From positions 104,069,991-104,133,990 of the forward strand of contig NC_068984.1 of NCBI RefSeq assembly GCF_001194135.2: 64,000 nt of DNA, given 5' to 3'. The position numbers were made by a program, and so were the translations under genes. The notes under the pieces were generated by a model that worked only from the letters and a program-made list of their open reading frames with translations, searched no databases and was not told where the DNA came from. Positions 25,038-39,600 of this stretch are shown in pieces. Source of the stretch: Octopus bimaculoides. Taxonomy: Eukaryota. Every line of letters starts with the position of its first letter. Position 1 is the stretch's first letter.

Positions 25038-28000
25038 CATCATCATTAAACTTTGATGTAAAGCATATGGGAACTAAAAGTTGCTAATGAGAGATTCTAC
25101 GTATTTAATTGGATCTGAGCTTGATCAGTTTCTAAATTACTCTTAATATCTTTAGCAATAAGACTCAATAGAAACTTTATTTTTAAATATAATTTGAGAA
25201 ATATTAGCATGTGTAAGTACCAAGTGGTATTAATGAAATCTTGATATTTACTTGCTACCCATTTCTATAGATTAATTTCAATTTTGTTAAATGTCTACCA
25301 TTTTAATATTTTTACAGTCAGAAAACAGTTTGCTGGAGCCTAGATTCGTGGATTTATCCCACCTAGTTCAAGAATATATGAAACGAGGGGATAAAAATGG
25401 TCTTGTATGTGCCATGAAAAAAATTGTGGCAGTAGAGCGTTCAGAAAAACTTGATGAGCCTGATTCAGGTAAAGTTTTGTTAATTTGAACAAATTAAGTA
25501 AATATTTAACCTATATCTTATTGCATTAAATTTAGGATGAGTTACTTAACAGTACAAATTTTAGAACTTTATAAATTTATTTTAATGTTTATACAAAGTA
25601 TTGGGTGTTTTCACTTGTTGAATACTTAAATTAGAAATCTAATACTGCTACTTTTGTTTAAAGCAGTGCTTCAGAAAATTCATTTGCTAATATTTATTTG
25701 TCTTGGTAAATTTAGTGAAATCAGGAAAAGTTTAATACTTCTACCTGTAGTTACCTTCCTTCAAATGAGATATCTAATCTTCACTAAATTTACCAGGACA
25801 GAAAAATAATTTTTAGACCATGAGCAAATGTCTTTTCTGAAACCCTACTCTAAAAAATAGTAGCAGCATCAGGTGTCTAATCTAAAAATTCAACAGGACT
25901 TTGTGAAAATGCCCAATAGTCTGAATTAATATTAAAATAAATTTATGAAGTACTAAAGGTTTGTATTGTTAAGCAACTCCTGCTTTGTCTTTACTTCTAG
26001 CTAAAACCTTTGTCTTTTCCCAAAGAGGAAATATATGGCTCCAGACTAAAAGATATTACATTATTACTTTAGACTTGTCTACTGAGGCAAATTAACAGTC
26101 CTATTTCTAATTAGCCATTAAACACAATATCAGTACTGCAAAAAGTAAAGAGAAAAAAAAAATTAAAGCCCACCAACATTACCTCTGCCCTTTTATTTTT
26201 ACAATTTTATATACCTTTATTTCTATTTATGCATATCTCAGCCATCAAAAATAGAAATTTTAATTCCTAATTTTATCCTAAGATTTTCTTCTGTAATAAT
26301 CATTGTTAAAATTTCATATCCATGAAGGTTTTTTATTTGGAACTGTGAAATAAAAATTATTAAAAGAGTAGCAAATCTTTGTGGATCTCGTACAAATATC
26401 TACAAGTTTAAATACATTACATAAACTCCATTTTCAGATGATGATGATTTTGAAGCCAATGCAGCAGATCCCAGTGCACGGCATAATACTGTCAGTACTC
26501 TTCGAATGCAATTCTTAAAGAATTTTGCCAGATTAGATTTGTCCAAGTAAGTGGGTTTTATTTACTTTAATTGATCCCTGATGAGTGTATAATATCAGTT
26601 TTTGAGAAGAACAAAACAAAACTGAGAGATTGTGGGGTTTTGCCAACAGTATTAGCTGCACAAGATAATTTATATCAGCCAAGTATCAAAACTAGATCAT
26701 GACCTTAAATCAGTAGGTAACAGCAGTTACCTAATAAGTGATCTGAAAGTGATATTGATCAGATAATGTCAACCTGTTTGTAAGAAACTGTCTAGAAACC
26801 ATATACAAATACCATATTGTGTAAGCTGTGTCTTTCAATGTGGTGCTATTGTTACATGAGAGCAGAGACAGGAGAAAAATGAGTTGAGTGATTCATTGGA
26901 TATGTTGCATGAACTTATATTAAGATAAGTGGTGCACAAGTAAACTGAAGAGTGGCTGAACATTAATGGCATTTGTTGATGTGTGCTGTGCTTTATAGAT
27001 ATTTTATGCAATTAGGCAATGAATTTTGAAGGAAGAAGTGCTTTGTGTTGAATGGAAGACCTCATAGTAGAAGACGTGAGGAGAAATGGCAAGGTCAGAT
27101 CTTATGATGTAGTAACTCAGAGATAAGATGTCACTGAATTGCACATACATTTCTCTCTCTCTCTCTCCCTCTCCCCCCCTCTCTCACTCACTCACACACA
27201 CACACACACATATCCATCTCCTACCAATATTCAAAAGCAGAAAGAATATTTTTTTATTTACAGTATCAGTTTTTTACATTCTGCATTTTACACATAAATT
27301 TGAAGAGTGTATGTGCTATTATTTCTTATTACTAAGGATAACTGTCTCTATTATCAGTAACCAAAATATCCACCTTTCTAACTAGTGGCTGTAATAGGGT
27401 CACTGTTGTCATATTTTGCAACTTACATACATGCCTAAGCTACAAAATTAATAGCTTTGCAAGAGATTTGGTAGTATGAGATTACTCTAGGAAGACTCAG
27501 TGATATCATACATTGCTTACAAGATAAAGGAGTTGGAATGGTTGTATGTCATGAGTTATACTGATGTAGGAAGATATTGATATTCATCCATCTTAAACTC
27601 ATCTAGTTTTTGCTTTTCTATAAAATGTATGTTTTGAAAAGTTTAGTTAATCATTTGTCATCAAATTTCATAATAGTTATGTATATGCTTAAGGCCTGAA
27701 AACCTTAAGTTAACAGTGAATCAGTTTTGATTGGAATTATTATCTAAACCAAAGGGATTGTGTGATTTTGATAGTGATTCTTTAAAAGCATATGTTACAA
27801 TTATGTGTACATTTATATAATTTGTGTCTTTTCTTCCTTTATCAGAACTGAAGGTGAATTTATGACCATTCTCAAGCAATACATTGATGAAGGTCAAGAT
27901 GAAGACCTTGTTTCAATGAAAGCTGGAAACACCAAATTACCTGGTCTTCAGAAACTGCTATGGACTATAGCTAAGCCCTTAGTCAAGTAAGACATTGTTC

Positions 28001-29950
28001 ATCTATTTAAGTAAAATAATTATCTAATTTATCTTGATTCATCATCATCTTTTAACGTCTGTCTTCCATGCTGGTACAGGTGAGATGGTTTAAGAGAATC
28101 TTGCAGGTCAGAGGACTGCATTGTGCTCCATTGACTGCTGTGGTATATTTAGATTGTTTTGAATTTTGTTCTTTGTAAAATATTTAACATATCAAAAATG
28201 GTAAATCATACAACCTAGTTTTAGAACAATTGAAATAACACAGTTGGTAAAGATAGACTGAATACTTTAATGCCTGAAACTTCTTAATTAGAATTCTACA
28301 ATATTTTGCCTTGCCATTTATCCTCTTTACAGAATTCCCTATTTACCTAATAGAAAAATTGCTTAATATGTTGTATTAATGTTTGTATTTGTTAGTTTTA
28401 TTAGCAATTTAGTAGAATTTGTAAAATGTTGTATTTTCTAGCAGCTGATTAGAGATTTTACATTAGTTTAGCTTACCTTTATTGTCTCATTAATCTTGTG
28501 TCATAAAAATAGTCTCAGTAACATGCCTCAGACAAGAAAAAATGAATTTAATGATAGAATTAAAATATAATAGCTATCATTAAAACTTATAGCCAAAAAA
28601 AAAATATCTTCAACTTTAACTTAAAATATAAGTATTTAAGTTTAGGTTAATATTGAATCACTGATAGATTCAGTTTCTTGAATCATTACAATTTACATTT
28701 GAAAGCTAAGAGGAACAAAATAGATTATGTATGTCATTTGAGAAATAAATATATTTGAGGGTGTGGCCACAAACAAAACACAGAATTTTGTATTTCACCT
28801 AATTATTCACAGTATTTCTCAATTATTTTTCTTGAAGCATTAGATTTCAGTACTGAGTTCAGTTTAGCTTGTAAGTCTGCAGATGACACTTCAATATTCA
28901 GACTCAGTAAGGTGGTGAGCTGGCAGAATCATTAGAATGCTGAGCAAAATGTTTAGTGGTATTTCACTCATCTTTACATTCTGATTTCCAAATTCCACCA
29001 AGGTTGACTTTGCCTTTCATCCTTTCTGGGTTGATAAAATAAGTACTAGTTGAGCACAGGGATCAATGTAATTGACTTACCCACTCCTCTGAAATTGCTG
29101 ACCTTGTGCCAAAATTTGAAAGCAATATTCAGGCTTAAGTTAAATGTGTCAAATTATCTTGACATACCTTGCCATTTGATCCAGACTGCTTCTACTTTAG
29201 GTAGCTGACTACACTGCAGATGATGTATGATATGAAACAGTCATCTCCATACTAAACTCACCAAAGTTATTTTATACACATAGATCTGCCACTAGTTAGC
29301 AATCTTCCTCAGCCATAGTGGATATCACCATGGATATCACCAGTCATTATCACTTAACATCTGGCTTGTATGCTCCACATATGAGCATCTTCTATTCTCC
29401 ATATTTATGTGTGTGTGTGTGTGTACATATAGACACATAAATACACATATGCATATATATATATGAAGGCACGTGGCTTAGTGGTTAGGCTATTCGGCTC
29501 GCAATCATAGTCATGAGTTCTCCCAGTGGCATGTTGTGTCCTTGAGCAAGACACTTTATTTTCACGTTGCTTCAGTCCACTCAGCTGGCAAAAATGAGAA
29601 GAACCTACATTTCAAGCGGCCAGCCTTGTCACACTCTGTGTCACACCAAATCTCCTTGAAGAGTATGTGAAGGGGTACATGTGTCTGTGGAGTGCTCAGC
29701 CACTTGCACATTAATCTCACGAGCAAGCTGTTCCGTTGATCGGATCAAGTGGAACCCTTGTTGTTTTAGGCAACAGAGTGCCAGTTTTATATATATACAT
29801 ATGATCTAACATCTGATGGTTTCTTTTATTTTTAGAGAGTTCGACAATTTCTTATTGAAAATGGGTTTAGTTAGAGATCTCTTCAGTGACGTACCCAAGG
29901 AACAGAAATGGAAAGAGTTGGAGGCCGAGGTATTTTTCTCTTGCAGTTAA

Positions 29951-30017
<67 letters not shown>

Positions 30018-33000
30018 TATTTGCTATCTATTTTAGAATTTTGGTGTTGAGGAAATGTCCAACAAATTCAATGAGTGTAAAGCAGCTTTAGAAGATCTGC
30101 AAGCTGGGGTAAATATTAAAACTCTTTAACAGTTCTTTTCAAGTTAAACTGCTAAAGCAGTCCATTTTTTTGATACCACTGATAGCATCATTGATAACCT
30201 AAATTGCAGTATACTATAAATATCTTTGTGAAAATGCCAAATGACATAAATGCACACTAAAAATATCTCTTTGTTTCCATTTAATGTTTTTATTATTTCA
30301 GAGTTTTACATTTTATCAATCTTATAATTTTGTTGGAATTGGAAGTCAGATTTGAAAGTCATTCCAATAAAGTCAGTTAGGTAACTTACTCTCTATTCTG
30401 TACATGTATTTAATGTTGCTATATAATTTCATAGGCTCAAGATTTCTTGAAAAACTATGGTATAAAAGATCAAGGAAGCCATGGAGATTATACAGAAATT
30501 GATTTTGATATGATGAAAACTGCCCCCTTTTTACAGTCTGTTCCACAACAGCCAATTCCTGAAGCAATATTTGAAGTATGACTTTTTTCTTTTTAATTTC
30601 TAATTCATATATTATTTTCACTATTTTTCATTCTATGCATAAGGTGAACATTTATTTGAATATTTATTTTATGTATATCTTTGAGTACCAGCTTTTCTAC
30701 TATGGAATGAGATTAGTAGCTGTACATGTAGCTATACTGACTGATTAGTACCTGAGTTTTTTTGGGGGTGGGGTTATATTATTGGAAGCAAAAATCAACC
30801 AGGGAAATGCCACTTTGGAATTTTAGATGATGGTTTTAGAGGACTTCATAATTAGATTAAATACCTCATTAGAAAATGATGTAGACACATGATATAACTC
30901 ATTCTTTTTGTATTACAAAATCTAAAGCAACTGAAACTGGAAGGAAGTGTTTACCTTTGAGAGCCTGGTGCTCAGAATTAGAAATATAAAAGTCAAGAAT
31001 ACACCTTGTAAAGCTACTCATCAGCTGGTATATAATTTTGTATTTCATTCTCTCATTGAAGACTCTTTACCAAGCACTTTGTTTTCATGTAGCTCACCTA
31101 AAACCAATGTAATAGTTTTCAACTGTAACTAAGTCCTCTTCCTTATTTTCAAGAAAGCAAAAGAGAAAATAGATTAGTATAAGCAAAGGAAAATTCTGAC
31201 TTGCCTTCTGGAATGGAGTAGTTCTAACATATTCTTTGCTAAACCCCATAAAAAAAACATTCGTCATAATATACTTCAACTAAAAATAAATAAAGTAGCT
31301 ACATGATTACTGTTCATGTCAATTTCATAATTATATCCAAACAAAAATATTGTTGTTATATTTAAAACGAGCCACTACTCTCATTCCCTATGTGAGCTCA
31401 TTTCATAATTGGTGGCCTATTAACCCTTGTCCTCCTTTCTTTTTTACTGTTATTACAATAGCTTCTCTGAATTTGATAACTTCTTTCTGTATGTAAAGCT
31501 ATACATTCCTATTACTCCCTCTCCATAGTGTTTCTCTTCCCAAATCTAATACTAAATATTTTGCCTATCCTTCTACACTTGAACTTATGGAATTCCTACT
31601 TATGTTTTCCTATCATGTAAAAGCATACAGTTGTTCAGAACTAAACATCAGCCTCACCAACCTAGTTATCACAATCTTACTCATTCTCTATTGCAAGTGT
31701 TCTTTAATATACTTTTTATTGTTTACTGAAGCAATGTGGGTTATTCTCTTCACTAGTCCTAGGATGCTAGTAACCCAGCTATAGGCAATCAATAGACATA
31801 ATATTCCAATACTTTTACCATTTGCTTACTTTTGTAGGCTGATTAGAAGTAAATTTAAGAATTTAAATATCTTAAATAGATAAAGTGCTCTTGATAAAAG
31901 AGTAAAGACTATTTAATGTATATCTTTTAGGAAATCTATTCATATACCCTTGTAATCAGGATGAATATATAAAATAATGATGCTCATTATATATTAGAAT
32001 AATTAATGAATAATTAATTGCAGTCTTGTTACAAGAATCCTAATATTTTCTACTTAAATGTCAGTTGTGCTCCAACATAGAGATTTTAAAAGTAAAACTA
32101 TGTTAGCGTGTAAAAGTAACAGCTATAAAATTAATGGTGATAACATTGCTGTCAATTTTGATTTTCAGGTACGGGCTGTGAAACATGGAAAACCAATGGG
32201 TCGAGTAACATTAAAAGTTGATGTTCAAACTGGCCGTTTGTTTGCTGTAAAACCTTCCAAAGATATTTTAGATGCTAGTAACACATTCTCCCATGAAAAA
32301 AGTAATCTGCTACTTTCTCTTTTTTCCAAAATGTATCTAAATGCTGAGTGTAAAGTTGCTGCAAATAGTTAGTGATACCAGGAGTTCAAGAGTTTAATAT
32401 TAAGCGTTAGTGCACATGAAATATTCAGTGTGAACAACAAAACAACAAAGTAGGGGTTTTTTGTTTCTTTTTTCTGTACTATATTTAGGCATATTGTTTT
32501 CTTTATAACAAATAGTGAATGCTGCAGTAGTAAATTATCAGCAAAACTGGTTTTATTCTCATTTGAAATTATTTTGCTTCACTTTTTCTAGAAACAACTT
32601 TTAGAAAGACATGAGCATCAAACATTCCCACATGCATCCTCAATATTTCATAACACTTAAAAAGTAGTCACAGTCCTTCATCTAGCTTATAATGTCTATT
32701 CCTCTCTTTTTGTCTCCTGTATGAAACTAATTATGCCTCTTGAAATCATCCATTTCTGAAGAAAAGCATTATACAACCAGTCTTTTGTTTAAAACTATTA
32801 TCATTTTAATATCAGTACTAATAACAGTTTCATAAATTCTGTGCAAGCACTTATATTCTTCTTGATATTCTAACTAGCACCATCCCCCTTAGTAATTAGA
32901 GTGCTTAAGTGGTACTTGAAGTTTCAATGGGAAAACAGTGTGGTCTCAAATTATTTTCGCTGAAAGCTTCAGTTATGAAGTTTGATGGTTTTTGATGTCC

Positions 33001-33564
33001 TCTTTCTCCTTTTCTGCTAATGTTGAGTTGATGGAATGACAATTATATTTACTTATTTACAAGACAACAAATTCAGTGCAAAACATCAAGATCAAAATAG
33101 TTGTTAGCATTGTATTTGAGACTGTATTGTATTCAAGTAAATATGGTAATAGTGGTTAGGACTTAAATAACCTCTTCTTTCTGTTGTCATGTGTTGTTCC
33201 CACTGTTGACATGGCAAACTTAGTTTTACTTTCACATCAAGTCTATTTAAAAACTCGAGTTAAATATCCAGTGTAGTCCTTTTATGGTTTGTTTTCGCTC
33301 TACTCCCTTCAGGTCTACTTGACAGTTTCTTTCCAGACATCTTAAATTGAAGGTAAACCCAAAATCAGCAATGATTAATTATACACAACAAATATGTAGT
33401 AAAAAAAGAAATTGGCCCAGGGAAGCTTTGTGCGAGCAAAAAATTGTCTTATTTCTATGTAGTAATGAAAGTGAGATGAAATTTGAAGTACTGAGGTAAA
33501 AAAAAATAAAAAAGCACTATATGATTAAAGTTAGCTGAAGGGTCACCAGATTTTATATACATAC

Positions 33565-33615
<51 letters not shown>

Positions 33616-33625
33616 NNNNNNNNNN

Positions 33626-33664
<39 letters not shown>

Positions 33665-36600
33665 TATATATATAGAGAGAGAGAGAGACATGTACAAACA
33701 AGAGAAACTGTTAATAAATGTTGTAGAGTTTGTTCATTCATTAGAACTTAAGGTTTTTGTCTCTAATCCCAATTTCTCCATATCTTCTATCTTCCATTTA
33801 CAGAGACAAACATGTGAGGTGAAGTGTATAAAGAAGGCATAGGAGTTATCTTTTTCTGAACAAAAACTTATTAGGATAATCAATTTACATTCAAATTTCG
33901 TTTTTTGCTTTTATGCTACTAGGCTTTGATATTTTAATTGATTTACTAACCTACTATTTATTCAATGCTACTTATTTCATACTGTATCCTATTACTACAT
34001 GCATACACCAGGATTTGAACCCTTTTGATGCCAACCCACATGTGGCCACCCCTGATTCTTTGGTAGAAACTTCCTGTTCTAAAGTGATCTAAATTTAAAA
34101 CAACACCAGCTTAGCATTGACAAAGTTATTTCACTAACTCCTTCATTATTTTCATAATTAATTGAAACAAAGGCATTATATTTCAATGGAATAACAGTAA
34201 CAGAAAGGTTAAATATTTCCCATTTTGCTTATTTTGCCAAAAAAAATTCTTGTGCTTTTCATTATTCTGTATCTTGATAAATTTATTCTTAAGCCTTATA
34301 CAATTATTTTATCAACTTGTTTCCTTCAATTTTATTTTTCAACTTTTCATTAAACTTTAACCCTTTTGTTACCTTATTTATGATGAAATATACTATCCTT
34401 GTCCCAATTTTGAAAATAGTGAAGAATTTAGTAAAACAACTAAATCATTATTAAGCTGGTGTTTGGAATATAAATGAAATTTTGATGGAAGGTTTTAACT
34501 CAGATCACTTTAAAAGAGGAAATTTTTATCATAGAACTAAAGGCAATTTCAGGCTGGTTGGTATTAAAAGGGTTAACTTGGAGTTTCTTTTCCCCTTAGT
34601 TGATAGTCAACTCTGATTTTGTCTGTTATATAGTTGAACCTTAATCTGTTGGTTTATATGTTAGCAAAATGCTGGGATAAAAGAGGTTGGACATACTTTA
34701 TTTCGACTTCTTTCTCTTAGTGGCTGATATTTTCTTTCATTCACTTAATGTTCTCAGAATTATATAACAATGTTTTTATGTCATGAAAGACTCCACCATA
34801 TTCAATACCTGGGATACCATTTACACTTTGAGTTTCATGGTTAATGCCAATTTAGCTCTCTAAGCATAATATTGATGCACTCTCTTATATCAATATAAAT
34901 TAATTAATACTAAATTAGTCATCAGGATTTTCTCATATTTTGTTAGTCGGTATAAGAGATTCTAGATTTTATCCTCATTATTTTCGTTTATTTCTCTCCA
35001 ATTTTTGTATAAAATCATGCATATTAGTTGGAATCATCATTCTACGTTGTTGTATTTTTTCATTAGTTTTGCAGCTGATCAAAAAATCAACTGATAACTG
35101 TCGACTGGATATTGTAATAGAAGGGAAAAAGACATTTACTTATCAATTTGAAAGTGTACATGCCCGAGAAAACTTTTGTCAACATATATGTCAAATGAAG
35201 AGCATGCATTCTACTGCAGAAGAAATAGATCAAGTATCTATCTTTATTGGAACATGGAATATGGGTGAGCATAATTTTCTATCAGTTGACAGAGAATTTA
35301 ATTTTTGTCTTACTTCTGTGTTGAATTTACTTATAAGCTTGCTAGGCTGAAGCTTAATGTCTCAAAATGTAAGAACCCTTCAGCCAAACTGTACAATATT
35401 TCTGGCACTGTCATAGGCCTTTTGTAAGGAGGCTCACTTGTGGAATAGCCTTGTGCCCCTCTTCATCTAAATCTTGCACTATCTCAGTGGTTTATTTTCT
35501 TTCACCTTACTTTTATTTATTAAAATATGAAATAAATTAATTTCAAATTTCAGTAAATAAATAAAATACCTTCTTTAAACACTTCTGTAATTGTTCAAAT
35601 TCTTGATATTTTAATTATTATCTATTCCTATAATAAAAATGTCTGCATCATAGAATATTAGACAACATATATATTGTTCAAGATATTGTTTTATAAAAAT
35701 AGTATGAAAATAATTTAGTTTGCTTCACAACCATGTGCTTTCGGATTCAGTTTCGCTTTGCAACACGTTGGGTGAATGCCTTCCACTATAGCCCAAGGCC
35801 AACCAAAGCCTTATGAATGGATTTGGTACACAGAAACTGATAGAAGCCCATTATATGTGTGTGTAGGTATGTGTCAGGTCTCCTTGTCTTGACATGTGCT
35901 AATTGTAAGCATATGTCACCATATGTGTTGTGATTTGTTTGCAATCTTCCACGAAAACATGTCTGGCCATTGAACTGACATCTATGAAGAACTAGAGGAA
36001 ATATCTTACTTGGAAACAAGTAAGGGTTGGTGATAAGAAGAGCATCTGTCTCAACATTTTTCATTTAACCTATGCAAGCATGGAAAGGTGGTCTTCAAAA
36101 CAACAACACCATTTACCAGTACACTAGTCAATAGATATTGACTAGCTTACTGGTAAATGGTGTTAATCAAAGTATAATATAGCCGTCTTGCTTTATCAAT
36201 ATTTATTTCTTAAGCAATTGAGTCAGAAACAGAACTCTGAGTTATCAAAAATGTTTAACATTTGTTTGTAAATGATCTTTTAAAAGATTCCAAGATAACA
36301 TTTATTTTTCTGTTCTAAACAGGTACTGCCCCATTTACTGAAAGTCTTAATAGCTGGGTACGATGTCAAGGAGCAGGAAAAATTCGAGAGCCCCTTGTAA
36401 TGGGAGTAATTCCTCATGATTTATATGTAATTGGAACCCAGGAGAGTTCATTAACTGAAAAAGATTGGGTCAACTGCCTAAAAGCTCAACTCAGACTTTC
36501 AATGTCTATTGATCCTGAAATCGTATGTTTATTTTAAAATTTACTTATTGGCTATTTATTGGAATCAAATCGGTCCAACAATAGTGATTTAAAAAAAAAA

Positions 36601-39600
36601 AAACGATATTTTGACATATTTATATATCAAATTATAATGAAGTCATTAGGTATAGGTCTTTATCAAATTTATTTTTTGGTCTCACTAGTCTATAGTCATA
36701 ATTAAACATCAAGCAAGTATATGCTCTTGATTATTACTTTCTGAAAAGTCTGTGAATTAATTACTTTATGAAATCAACATATTTTAACCTTATTTATGCT
36801 GATTTTTATGTAAAATTTATTTGTTACTTGAAGTGAAACTTATCTTCAAATGTGTTTACTGTTATACATAATGTACTTGTTTGCAATAAAACTCATTGTC
36901 TATACATGTACACTCTATGTCACTTTCTGAAACTCATCTATTCATTAGTTTGATATTTATTACCTTGCATAAAAAAAATAATATAAGATAAGAATATTCT
37001 TAGAGATTAAAAATACTAGAAAAGGAATTATCTTACTTCTATGAGAATTGTGAACCAGTTGGTAATGTAGTGTGGTTAGAAAAATTCTATATTGGTTTTT
37101 AATTAATAAATGTATACTGTCAACTAAAGATTAAAATTTGAATGTAATGATTATACGTGCATTCATGTGTGTGTGTGTGTGTGTATCTAGCATTTTCTCA
37201 TAATTTTTTCATTTTTCTTCTTTTTCTTTTTCTCCAGGTATGTGTTTGTTCCCTATGGGGTATACGTCTTGTTGTATTTACAAAAGCAGAACATCAACAC
37301 AGAATAAGTCATGTGGAGCACAGCAGTGTAAAAACAGGAATTGCCAACGCCCTGGGTAAGAATTTAAATCCTATCAACTGTAACTTTATGAAGAGTACAA
37401 TTTGTTTACATTATATTTTGATAGAGAAAGTGGGATTAATTTAATCCATATATAAATTTTCTGCTTGGGGTATTCAACTATTAAAACAGAAGTACTATTT
37501 TTATAGTTGAGTGTTGTACTCTGTTAATAGAAATTAACGAAGTTGAGCTGGATTTTTGCAAACACAATATGTGTAAGGATAGAGCATTAGAAATTCTTAC
37601 CAATAATGGAAGCAGACACCTTATTAAACTAATGTCTTGTATCAGTTATCAGTTATGTTTGTAAAATCTTTATACAGCTGTTATTGCCATATCATTTTGA
37701 ATGATATTGAACCTAAGTTATCACATAATTCTTTTATTATATTTTGCTATTTTTAAAATATGAGAAGTTCTCTGTTCTATTAAGTGTTCTTAGCTGGTTA
37801 TATAACTTTATAATATAAGTACTGATCTCCAACTTTCATAACACATATATATGATATAAGCTGGTGGCTTTATCCTAATAATCCATAAATTATATTGGTA
37901 AATTACATAGGTCAGATATTCAAAAGAGATAATCTTTGTAATTTTTTGCACGTATGTCAAATGTATATTCGCTTGCTTTCTTGTTAATAAATAAGTAGAT
38001 AATAAATTTTATCTATTTTAATGAGATAATTAAAATTTAAAAATTTTAAGGGATCCTTCTATTAAGAAATTACAGTTGTTTGTGTGTGTGGTCCTTTGGG
38101 AATTTAGTGAAAGAAATACAACAGAATCCCAACTCTCCTTCCTTCAGTGACTCTCTCGAGATTCCTCTCCATCTGAGTCTATTGCTTCTTTCTTGTCCCT
38201 TTCCCTCACCCCTTATAATAGTGTTTAGTGCCATAAATCCCTTTACACAATTCACCCTATTATCTTTAGTTCCATCACTTTTTACTCAACCCTGACACTA
38301 ATTACTTCCTCTCCTCTATTCCCTGTCATACTAACCTCCATCCTCTCCTATTATTTACTGGCTTTCATCCCTTCACCTAGGATCATTGCTCACTCCTTTT
38401 CCTGTTCTCCCTCAGTTATAGGTACCAAATTATGAAGCAATCATCTATAGAGCTGGTGCCACAAAAAAAGCACCCTGTACATTCTGTAAAGGGGTTGAGA
38501 TAAGAGATAAGAGTGGATAAAGTGCACCAAGAGCAAGAGAGTGTTGTGTATGTTGAAAAAGGAAGACATAGAGGCAGCATGAGTGTGATACATTGAGTGA
38601 AAGGGTTCTTTTATGTAGGCAATCACCCTTCAAAAAATAATAGCCAAAATGTCTTTAATCACAGATCTGTTTGACTTGCTGAAAATAGCAGCAAAATTTC
38701 CTTCAAATCACACACTACCATCTTAAAATAGAAAGGATATACTGGATGATATGATCATGAATAAAAGGTAGGAAGTTTCACAGGTGAAACACTTTTGATC
38801 ATATGCCTGTTCCATCAGGACTGATCTGAAGCTAAACAGTATGAATAACTTTGGCAATGTTACATCAGTCACTTTATAACAGTTCTGGGTTCCATCATAC
38901 AACATGCAATCTTGGGCAAATGTTCTCCCTCCCCCATCATGTGCATGTGTGTATGTAATCATTTTTTGACCACTTTTCATGCTGGCATGGGTTGGCTGGA
39001 TCACCACAGTTTGAGTCAGCACATATCTAATGATTCTGCTCATCTTGACAAGTCATGAACCACATATCACTCGTGAGTTTAATTTCTGGCTTATTTTCTA
39101 AGGCTTCCTAACTTCAATCATTTTACAGTTTACTAGCTGTCTTTTTCACAGTACTCTCACTAGGGAGCTGGTCATTTCCCCAGCAAGATGGTCCTCTCAT
39201 CTTACTCTTTGCAGAGTGTTCTAGGTGCAACATTTTTTATCGTGCCAACACTACTGGGGTAGCCATGTCTGCTTGCTTACCTAGAAACACCAAGGATAAG
39301 ATAAATAGAGACGTGCCTGATAGTGATAAATCAGAAGAAGGAATGCCAGGAACATTGGTTTACTCTCAGCCAAGTATTTCTCTTGTAGTTTTTTTATTAG
39401 GAAGAGTGCATATGTGGTACCTCTGATTAGCATGAAGCCAAACTGTATTTCATCTTAGCTAACCCTGTTGTTCCTGACCATAGCTTTCTCTGTGACCTTC
39501 ATAGCCTGGTCCAATAATGTGATATCTCTAGAATTTCCTTTCTCCAAAGTATCTCCTTTTGCCTTTGATACTACCATGCCAGTCATTAGGTATGACACCT

